A stretch of DNA of 25,972 bases from IMG/VR virus record IMGVR_UViG_3300030330_002475, positions 1 through 25,972 of that record. One strand, written 5' to 3'. Positions 15,995 through 23,418 of the stretch are shown here, piece after piece. This stretch comes from a virus (taxonomy: Duplodnaviria > Caudoviricetes). Under the pieces are notes generated by a model, which saw only the letters and a list, made by a program, of their open reading frames with translations, made no database searches and was not told the DNA's origin. The position numbers and the translations under genes are program-made. Every line of letters starts with the position of its first letter. Position 1 is the first letter of the stretch.

Positions 15995-16500
15995 ACAACA
16001 ACTTTGAGAAGGATTTGGCAGATGGTCAATTAGGCGAAAAGGCGGTTAGACATTTTGTCGAGACGGAATGGCATAAGAAGTTTATCACATATGGTGATAC
16101 GTCGGCATTTGACATAATGTTTCAAAACAACCGTCAGAATCCTGTATTTTTTGAAGTTAAGACTGATTTGTTTGAGAAAGATTGGGATAAAGGTGGTACA
16201 GGTAACATGGCAATTGAGTACAAGTGCCGTGGTAAGCCAAGTGGCATTAGGACAACGATGGCAGATTGGTTTGCATACTATTTTCCTAACATAACAGAGA
16301 ATCATTTATGGATAATACGTATGGATAAGTTAAAAGATTTGATTAAAAACAATAAATTTAGAACGGTAAGTGCAGGTGAAACGTATTATGACAATGATGA
16401 GAAGGTAGCGAAGTGTTATTTGATACCTCGGTTTGATTTTCGCGGCTATTTTAGTATATTTACCTTTGACGGAAACAGGTGGTTACCATCATTAGATTGA
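15991..16500 (+). CDS. PD-(D/E)XK nuclease
   Basis: GQLGE...FDI...EVKTD...TGNMAIEY...PSGI..T.ADW motif set. Confidence 0.75.
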   Translation: MNNNFEKDLADGQLGEKAVRHFVETEWHKKFITYGDTSAFDIMFQNNRQNPVFFEVKTDLFEKDWDKGGTGNMAIEYKCRGKPSGIRTTMADWFAYYFPNITENHLWIIRMDKLKDLIKNNKFRTVSAGETYYDNDEKVAKCYLIPRFDFRGYFSIFTFDGNRWLPSLD

Positions 16501-16616
16501 TTAAGGATGGTAAGGTCATTGATGAGACAGAGGATTTACATTATATGCATGAGTTGCTTGTAATTAATGACAAAGATGTTAAAGAGATAGTTGTAACTGT
16601 GGCAAAACACAAGTGA
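16479..16616 (+). CDS. 45-aa hypothetical protein (not in ORF track)
   Basis: GTG start, MVTIIRLIKDGKVIDETEDLHY... TGATG coupling to TerL. Confidence 0.55.
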   Translation: MVTIIRLIKDGKVIDETEDLHYMHELLVINDKDVKEIVVTVAKHK

Positions 16617-18082
16617 TGGATAATAGCAAATACATTTCGCAGGCAATCGCAGGTGCGTTGGAGATAATGAATGACCAGCCATTGACATTGAATGAGTTTA
16701 TAGATGAGGTGATGCGAGATTATATGGAGCAGGAGCCTGGGACTTATGTTCCTTTAGGTGATATGCATGCTCAGTGGGAAGAAAATTTTAACAAAGGTGA
16801 GTTTGCGTCTATAATTTGTGCAAGGGGTCACTTGAAAACGACATGGGGTTTGTGTGTGTTGGCATATTATATGCATAAGCAGCCAAACTTCAGGGCTTTG
16901 TATATTTCTGCAACGTTAGAACAGGCATGGGACAAGCTTGAACAGTTTGAGGAACTTTGTAAACGGTCATGGCGTCTTAGCAACTATCTTGAAAAGGGTG
17001 ACGACAGGAAGGTTACGATACGAAAGGGCGCAAAGCGGTTTAACAATGGTAGTCGCGTACATGGTGCAAGTATAGGAAAGGCACTTGAGGGTCCTCACGT
17101 TCACATGATTATTCTGGACGACGTTTTGCAGGAGTTTCCAAATCTTACTGATGAGAAGGTTATTCATTATGTACAGAGAGTTGTGATGCCGATGCGTCTT
17201 CCAGAGTCTAAAATGTTATTGGTAGGTACTCAAAAACGGGTAGGTGACATAACGGACTGGGTATCTGAGAGTTCAGAGTGGAATGTGGTTAGACATCCTG
17301 CACTTTTGGAGGACGGAAGTCCTAGATGGCCTGAATATTGGAATCAAGAGCGGTTGGACAAAGAAAAGGAGACAATGGGAAGTCGGGCTTTTGAGTCTGA
17401 GTATATGTTAAATCCGTTGGACCCAGAGTCTGCGGTTATACCGTATGAGGTATTACAGCGTTGTTTGGATGAAAAGTTGGACATGGGTCTTCCAGAGTAC
17501 GATGAAGATATAAGCGTCGTTATGGGTGTTGACTTGGCTGTGGGTATGAACAGTCAAAATGATGAGACAAGCTACGTTCTTGTGGCTTATAATAAACGTA
17601 CGGAGCAACGTAGGCTTTTGTATAGTTGGACAGGCAAGGTAATGGCGCAGGGTTCGGGTTGGTTAGAGACTCAGGTGTTAAAGATAAGAGAACTTGCGAA
17701 ACGTTTTAATCCAGATACGATAATGATAGAATCGAATGGGTATCAGAGGTTGGTTGTCCACAGTGCGTCGGATTTGGCGGGCTTACCAGTCGAAGGGCAC
17801 AACACGGGCAGAGAAAAGCACAGCCATGACGTGGGCATACCTGGGTTGGCCTTGGAGTTTGAGAAGGAGAGATACCAGATTCCGTGGCAAAAAGAAATAA
17901 GGGAAGCAAGTAGGCCAGGTCCTAGAAAATTAACGGATGGTTTGAGTCGTTTGGTTTACGGTAAAAACGGTAGGTTAGAGGGTCACACTCCAGATGCGGT
18001 GATGGCTTTGTGGATGTGTGAGTTAGCAATCAAAGGTATGAACAAAAAGGGTCTTGCTTTTGTTGGTTGGGATTACATATAG
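16616..18082 (+). CDS. terL: Terminase large subunit
   Basis: Walker A ARGHLKTT, Walker B MIILDD, coupling motif VGT, RNase H nuclease GVDLA / IESNGYQ / HTPDAVMAL. Confidence 0.95.
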   Translation: MDNSKYISQAIAGALEIMNDQPLTLNEFIDEVMRDYMEQEPGTYVPLGDMHAQWEENFNKGEFASIICARGHLKTTWGLCVLAYYMHKQPNFRALYISATLEQAWDKLEQFEELCKRSWRLSNYLEKGDDRKVTIRKGAKRFNNGSRVHGASIGKALEGPHVHMIILDDVLQEFPNLTDEKVIHYVQRVVMPMRLPESKMLLVGTQKRVGDITDWVSESSEWNVVRHPALLEDGSPRWPEYWNQERLDKEKETMGSRAFESEYMLNPLDPESAVIPYEVLQRCLDEKLDMGLPEYDEDISVVMGVDLAVGMNSQNDETSYVLVAYNKRTEQRRLLYSWTGKVMAQGSGWLETQVLKIRELAKRFNPDTIMIESNGYQRLVVHSASDLAGLPVEGHNTGREKHSHDVGIPGLALEFEKERYQIPWQKEIREASRPGPRKLTDGLSRLVYGKNGRLEGHTPDAVMALWMCELAIKGMNKKGLAFVGWDYI

Positions 18083-18087
18083 AAACA

Positions 18088-18095
18088 TTTATATA
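18088..18095 (+). promoter_or_regulatory. TATA box (TTTATATA) upstream of RHH-portal block
   Basis: Sits in the short gap after the TerL stop. TTATATAC matches the late promoter core. Confidence 0.55.
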
Positions 18096-18126
18096 CATAA
18101 AGCATATGCATGAAATCCAACCATTT

Positions 18127-18276
18127 ATGAAAAAGCGAACACGGTTGGAAATTTACGGAATAAGTAACGATACTAAAGAAAGTTTGAAAGAGATTGCTAA
18201 GGCAGAGAATGTTCCGACGGGTGTTTTGGTAGAACCTGTGCTTAGAAAGTACGTCAAGGAGTACAATGGCAGATAA
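18127..18276 (+). CDS. Ribbon-helix-helix DNA-binding protein
   Basis: RLEIYGISNDTKESLKEIAKAENVPTGVLVEPVLRKYV. Start reassigned to ATG 18127. Confidence 0.7.
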   Translation: MKKRTRLEIYGISNDTKESLKEIAKAENVPTGVLVEPVLRKYVKEYNGR

Positions 18277-18658
18277 GAGAACTAGGTATAAGATTCCTAA
18301 AGGTGTTAAGAAAGAAGCGATGGATGGTCGTGATTTACGTCGTATGCATGGGTATGGCGGCGGTAAGGTGACAAAGATGGTAAATCGTAAGTTACGTATG
18401 CAGAAAGATATAGGTTATGATACAGCAGTAAAGATAGATACATATTACAGAAGACATGAGAAGGTAGACCCGCCCGCTAAGGGTTTTGGTGACAGACGTA
18501 ATCCGAGTAAGGGTTATGTGATGTGGAAGCAGATGGGTGGTGATGCAGGTCACAGGTGGAGTAAGTCATTGAAGAAGAGGTTAGACTTGCTTCAGAAAAC
18601 AGAAAGGCTTAATAACATAATGAAGACATTGGAGGATATACATGGCATGGTACGATAG
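18266..18658 (+). CDS. Basic head-associated protein (RHE...PSxG...W..GGDAG..W family)
   Basis: I recognise this motif set from phage head modules, where it is often fused to prohead protease or morphogenesis proteins. Function unknown. Confidence 0.65.
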   Translation: MADKRTRYKIPKGVKKEAMDGRDLRRMHGYGGGKVTKMVNRKLRMQKDIGYDTAVKIDTYYRRHEKVDPPAKGFGDRRNPSKGYVMWKQMGGDAGHRWSKSLKKRLDLLQKTERLNNIMKTLEDIHGMVR

Positions 18659-20042
18659 GATACTTGGACGCAAACCGATTAGAAAAATATCTGCGTTAGA
18701 GGAGATGATAGCAAATGATACAAATCAATTAGTAAAAGATGCAAGGACTCCAGTGTATTCTGCTATGGGAACAAATGCGCAATATCAAGAGTCGATATTA
18801 CCTCCGATAGACCAGAGGTACCTAGAACAGTTAGCAGACCGTTATTCGCATTTAAGGACGGTTATTTCGCGTATTGCTTCACAATCAGTAGCAAAGGGCT
18901 GGGAGTATCATGCAATAGGCGACACTGGCGATAAAGAAGAGAGAAAAATATTAGAGACATTACTTAGAGACCCGACAAGAGGAGATGCAGACATATCAGG
19001 TATGGAATTGTTTAAGGCAATGATAAGACAGTTAGAAATATTTGATGATGTGTGGGTTAGTATAGTTTATGACCGTGTAGAGGGTGGCGAGATGAAAGTA
19101 GTCAAACAGCTTTGGGTAGAAGATGCAAAGCACATGAGATTTCACGTAGATGAGTTTGGCAGGTTTAAGGATGACGTTTATTTTGATGTAATAACTAGAC
19201 AGTTTGTAGAGCAAGATGCAAAGACAGAAGGTGGTATTCCTGCTGCAAAGATGGCATATTTTTATGACCAAGGTGGAGATAGTGACAAAATACCTTTTGC
19301 AAGAGATGAGATTATACATTTTAACAAATACAGTGCGACAGCAAGGCTATATGGTCAGTCGCCGATTATAGGTCTTTCTAAAAAAATAGAAACTGCGCTC
19401 GCCATTGAGAACTTCCAAAATAAAATCTATAAACTAGAGAGACCACCTAAGGGTTTCCTTGATATTCCTGGTCATGATGAGGAATCATTAAATAGATTAG
19501 GAGAATACATTGCAGAAGAGACACGACGCAATCCTAACTTTGTACCAATTATAAGCAGTAGGGGTGAGGGTACAGGTAGCGGTCAGGCTAAGTTTGTGCC
19601 AGTTATGCCTAACATGGATGAGTTGATGGCACTGCCATATATGGAGCGTATTAACAACGACATAAACGCAGCGTATGGCGTTATGCCAATCATAACAGGA
19701 AGCACGGCAGGCGTAGGTGGATTGAATGCAGAAGGAGAACAGGTTAGTATATTTGACAGAACTATATTAGAAACGCAGAAATGTATTGAGATGGGTTTTT
19801 TTAAGCCGTTGTTGAAAATATTGGGCATAGAAACTTGGAAGATAAGATTTGCAGATATAAATGTAAAGAATGAGCAACAGCAACTTGCTAATATGTTACA
19901 GAAGGCAAATATAATCACAGTGCTTAACAAGGTAGGAATAGAGGCAACACTTGACAAAGACGGTAATCTTAAGTTACCAGACAATCCACAGATAAGTATG
20001 CCAGATGATGCTAAGCCAGAAGTAGGGGCGTTGAAACCATGA
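18642..20042 (+). CDS. Portal protein (HK97-like)
   Basis: 466 aa with FARDEIIHF...YGQSPI, PKGFL and INAAYGVMP motifs. Between TerL and protease. Confidence 0.92.
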   Translation: MAWYDRILGRKPIRKISALEEMIANDTNQLVKDARTPVYSAMGTNAQYQESILPPIDQRYLEQLADRYSHLRTVISRIASQSVAKGWEYHAIGDTGDKEERKILETLLRDPTRGDADISGMELFKAMIRQLEIFDDVWVSIVYDRVEGGEMKVVKQLWVEDAKHMRFHVDEFGRFKDDVYFDVITRQFVEQDAKTEGGIPAAKMAYFYDQGGDSDKIPFARDEIIHFNKYSATARLYGQSPIIGLSKKIETALAIENFQNKIYKLERPPKGFLDIPGHDEESLNRLGEYIAEETRRNPNFVPIISSRGEGTGSGQAKFVPVMPNMDELMALPYMERINNDINAAYGVMPIITGSTAGVGGLNAEGEQVSIFDRTILETQKCIEMGFFKPLLKILGIETWKIRFADINVKNEQQQLANMLQKANIITVLNKVGIEATLDKDGNLKLPDNPQISMPDDAKPEVGALKP

Positions 20043-20275
20043 GTGCATGTAAAAAGTGTAGAGCAGGTCCGATGTCAGTACATATATTGAGTAATGGTTT
20101 TTGTCAAGCATGTACAAGTGAGTTGTCTTGGAAGCAAGGAGAAAGAGTAGCACGACAACAGGCAGCAAGGGCGCAACGCATGAAGATGTTTAAGAAAGCA
20201 GAAAAGTACATAGACAAAAAATGGAAAGACAAGTATGGTGATGATTCTGTTGAGGCTGTACGTGAGTACAAGTAA
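20039..20275 (+). CDS. Zinc-finger plus basic helix protein
   Basis: CKKC...CQAC; coupled at both ends. Confidence 0.7.
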   Translation: MSACKKCRAGPMSVHILSNGFCQACTSELSWKQGERVARQQAARAQRMKMFKKAEKYIDKKWKDKYGDDSVEAVREYK

Positions 20276-20757
20276 TGGCTATTGAATGGGATACTGAAGG
20301 TTTTTATCGTACAATAAATTTTTTTAAAAAACGAGAAACTTGGCAAGAAATATTAGCTGTAGCTGCGAGTAACGTTGAAGATACTATTGCAAGCGATGCA
20401 AAGAATATATTGTATAGTCAAGTCAACAAAGTTACAGGTTCTGTAGGTAATAGTATTGAAACTACAGTAGATATATCTGATGATGATGTTACACTGTCAG
20501 TGGGTAGTAATCATCCTGCAGCAAATATGATAGAATATGGAGGTCTTGTTCCTGCTGAACCTTTTGACCCTAAATCTGCATTACCTAATATCGATGATTA
20601 TGCAGATGATGTTTTTGCATATTCTAATTATATAAAAAAGAAACAACCATTTAAACAAGAACGTCCATTTATTCGTCCAGCATTACTAAATGCTACTGGC
20701 AAAATAAACGGTGAAATAATTAGAGTAGCTAATAAGTTTAAAAAAGAATACGAGTAG
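20275..20757 (+). CDS. HK97 gp10-like neck/morphogenesis protein
   Basis: VTGSVGNSI...VGSNHPAANMIEYG...RPFIRPAL signature. Confidence 0.7.
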   Translation: MAIEWDTEGFYRTINFFKKRETWQEILAVAASNVEDTIASDAKNILYSQVNKVTGSVGNSIETTVDISDDDVTLSVGSNHPAANMIEYGGLVPAEPFDPKSALPNIDDYADDVFAYSNYIKKKQPFKQERPFIRPALLNATGKINGEIIRVANKFKKEYE

Positions 20758-20786
20758 TTTCCGGAAAGTTATACTTACTTATATAC
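20753..20786 (+). promoter_or_regulatory. Late promoter copy 1: TTTCCGGAAA palindrome, N7, TTACTTATATAC
   Basis: Same architecture at 22853-22886. TATA 21-27 nt before GTG 20806. Confidence 0.8.
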
Positions 20787-20805
20787 ACATATCGGATGTT
20801 AGGCT

Positions 20806-22857
20806 GTGGCAGACGCTAATAATACTAAGTGGAAAGTCTATCGACCAGACTGGTACAATGAAAGAGTTTTAGAAACGTTTATTAGCTCGCCTATCGTCGA
20901 TAAACAGAACGATAAAATTAAAACAGAGACAATTAAAGAAGCCATGGATTTCTATATGAAATATGGTGTATATTCATACAAGCATGAGGAGATGCCAGTA
21001 GGCTTACCTCTTGCATATAAGGTAAAAGACGGTAAAGTCAAAATACGTGTAGGCATACACAACAGGCTTCCTATGCATGATAGAGTATGGGAAGAAATGC
21101 AGATATACGGTGACAAGGGCGGTTCATCTATTAGGGGTGAAGCTGAGAAGCAAGAGAAGGTTTGCGAAGGAGACGTCTGCCACAACAACATCTCCGAGTT
21201 ATCTCTTTGGTCCGTGTCATGGGTTGGTAACAAGCCTGCTAATCCAGAGGCTACTGTAACCGCAGTAGCAGCAGCAAAAGCAGAAGAACCTGTAAAGGTG
21301 ACAAAGCAAGTAACACTAGATGAAATAGAAGGCATGGTAGAGAAGATAATAGAACGCAAGAATGGCGAGTATTGTCTATATGCTAAGAAAGATAGAAAGT
21401 TACTTGGATGTCATAAAACTAGAGCAGGCGCAGTAAATCAAGAACGCGCAATACAAGCTAGAAGATTCAGTAAAATGAATCAAGATTTAGATGAGATATT
21501 GGCTGTATTGAAAAAGAAACCATGTTGGGACGGTTATGAAATGGTAGGCTTCAAATATGAAGGCGGTAAAAAAAAGCCTAATTGCGTTCCACAAAAAAAA
21601 GCTGATGACCCAAGCACTCCAGCAAAACCAAGTGAGAGAAGGAGAGGCAGTACTAGAAATCCAAAAGGTACAGCTAGTGGAGAGCGTGGTGGAATCAAAT
21701 TAAGTGAGGCAAATATTAAAACATTAGAAGGTTATCGAGACGAACACAACAAGAAAGTTGGAAACGCTAAAGGGAAAAAGGCTAACCTGGGAGCATTGAA
21801 AGCAGTGTTTCGCAGGGGTGCTGGTGCATTTTCGACCAGTCATCGTCCTAGTGTACGTAGCCGAGACCAGTGGGCGTTAGGTCGTGTCAAGGCATTCTTA
21901 AAACTACTAAGCTCAGGTAGGCCTTCCAATCCTAAGTACACCACGGATTACGATTTATTGCCCGCAGGTCATCCCAAATCTACTAAAAAAGAAATGAAGA
22001 CAGTAAAAGTTAAGCCACCAAAAGGGCATCACTGGATGGCATACAAAGATGGTCCAGTACTTATGGTAGGTGACTATGCACCACACGAAGGCGCAGTAGA
22101 AGCATTTGAGTTTGAGGTTATTGAAGAACATGACGACTCTAGGCTTGCTAAAGCTGAGTATCAAGGTAAAAAAGTAGAATTGAACAAACCACGAAGACTG
22201 TCTGGAGAGAACAAGAAGTTTGGTGTATATGTAAAGAATGACAAAGGTAATATTGTACAGGTCAAGTTTGGCGACCCTAACTTAGATATAAAACGTGATG
22301 ACCCAGAAAGGCGTAGAAACTTTAGAGCCAGACACAACTGTGACAATCCAGGCCCAAAATATAAGGCAAGATATTGGTCTTGTAGAATGTGGAGTGCAAA
22401 GAATGTGTCAGATATATTAGCGAAAAGCAATGAACATTTAGATGATATAATAGATTTAATAAAAGCACCCAAAAAAAAACCTAAAAATAGGAAAAGAACA
22501 AGAGGCGGTAAAAATCCTTCTAAAACACAATGGAATAACTGTTTACAAAATGCAAGAAATTTAAAAACATATTATGGTGCACCAATGGCTGCAGACCCTA
22601 AAAGATTTTGCGGAGCACTGTGGTATGACTACGGTAAGTTTGGACATCAAGACGCAGGTGCAGACAAAGAGCCAGACCCTCCATACAAACACGCTCCAGG
22701 CATGGGTGGTAAAGACCCAGGCAAAATCCGAAATAGGAGTGGATTAAAGTTTAGACGCGCGATGTTTGAACGCTCAGGATATTGGCGTAGAGCAAGGGGT
22801 AGAATGTTAACTCCTAAAAACATTGCAAGGCTAATGAGTGGTAAAGGAAACAAGTAG
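20806..22857 (+). CDS. Prohead (maturation) protease with long multi-module C-terminal extension
   Basis: HK97-type protease in aa 20-155 (VDKQND, YKHEEMPVG, GSSIRG, SVSWVGNKPANPEA), then about 520 aa of basic modules. Confidence 0.88.
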   Translation: MADANNTKWKVYRPDWYNERVLETFISSPIVDKQNDKIKTETIKEAMDFYMKYGVYSYKHEEMPVGLPLAYKVKDGKVKIRVGIHNRLPMHDRVWEEMQIYGDKGGSSIRGEAEKQEKVCEGDVCHNNISELSLWSVSWVGNKPANPEATVTAVAAAKAEEPVKVTKQVTLDEIEGMVEKIIERKNGEYCLYAKKDRKLLGCHKTRAGAVNQERAIQARRFSKMNQDLDEILAVLKKKPCWDGYEMVGFKYEGGKKKPNCVPQKKADDPSTPAKPSERRRGSTRNPKGTASGERGGIKLSEANIKTLEGYRDEHNKKVGNAKGKKANLGALKAVFRRGAGAFSTSHRPSVRSRDQWALGRVKAFLKLLSSGRPSNPKYTTDYDLLPAGHPKSTKKEMKTVKVKPPKGHHWMAYKDGPVLMVGDYAPHEGAVEAFEFEVIEEHDDSRLAKAEYQGKKVELNKPRRLSGENKKFGVYVKNDKGNIVQVKFGDPNLDIKRDDPERRRNFRARHNCDNPGPKYKARYWSCRMWSAKNVSDILAKSNEHLDDIIDLIKAPKKKPKNRKRTRGGKNPSKTQWNNCLQNARNLKTYYGAPMAADPKRFCGALWYDYGKFGHQDAGADKEPDPPYKHAPGMGGKDPGKIRNRSGLKFRRAMFERSGYWRRARGRMLTPKNIARLMSGKGNK

Positions 22858-22886
22858 TTTCCGGAAATATTGAGTTACTTATATAC
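22853..22886 (+). promoter_or_regulatory. Late promoter copy 2 driving scaffold-MCP
   Basis: AGTAGTTTCCGGAAA N7 TTACTTATATAC, 20 nt before ATG 22907. Confidence 0.8.
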
Positions 22887-22906
22887 CCTTTTGTACATAA
22901 ACAAGT

Positions 22907-23416
22907 ATGACAGATTGCAGTTGTGGTGGTAATCATACTGAAGCTATCGACGAAGAAGTCGTTGAAACAGAAGACGTGGAAATTGCCGCTGGATTAGATG
23001 AGCCAGTAGAAGTCGGCAAAGAAGAAGCAGTCCTAAAAGACATGGAAGAGACTCTAATGAAGCTTAAAGAAGTAATAAACTACTTAAGTGAAAAAGAAGA
23101 AGAAAAAATGGACGAGGAAAAGATGGACGAAGAGAAAATGTACGGCGAAGAAAAAGACGAAGAAGACGAAGAAGAAAAGGAAGATGAAGAGGAAGAAGAA
23201 AAAATGATGGAAGAAAAGAAGCCTAAGAAAAAGGACGACATCGATGACCTCTACAAAGCCGTCACAACATTAAAGAAACACGGTATTGGTGTATACACGG
23301 GACAAAAAGCAACCCCAGCACCTACCACTGAAGCTACTATTGAAGAAAAAACCATTGACTGGAATAATTTATCTAAGTCATGGGATGAACTAGAAGATAT
23401 GGTAGGAGGAAACTAA
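22907..23416 (+). CDS. Capsid scaffolding protein
   Basis: Very acidic, helical, EEKMD tandem repeats. Between protease and MCP. Confidence 0.75.
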   Translation: MTDCSCGGNHTEAIDEEVVETEDVEIAAGLDEPVEVGKEEAVLKDMEETLMKLKEVINYLSEKEEEKMDEEKMDEEKMYGEEKDEEDEEEKEDEEEEEKMMEEKKPKKKDDIDDLYKAVTTLKKHGIGVYTGQKATPAPTTEATIEEKTIDWNNLSKSWDELEDMVGGN

Positions 23417-23418
23417 GT

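Noticed and set aside
16616-18082. Intein or intron in TerL
   Set aside because: Normal length, all motifs contiguous, no intein splice motifs seen.
23095-23220. Purine-rich GAA repeat tract as a DNA-level element
   Set aside because: Fully explained by the Glu/Lys/Asp-rich EEKMD repeats of the scaffold protein.
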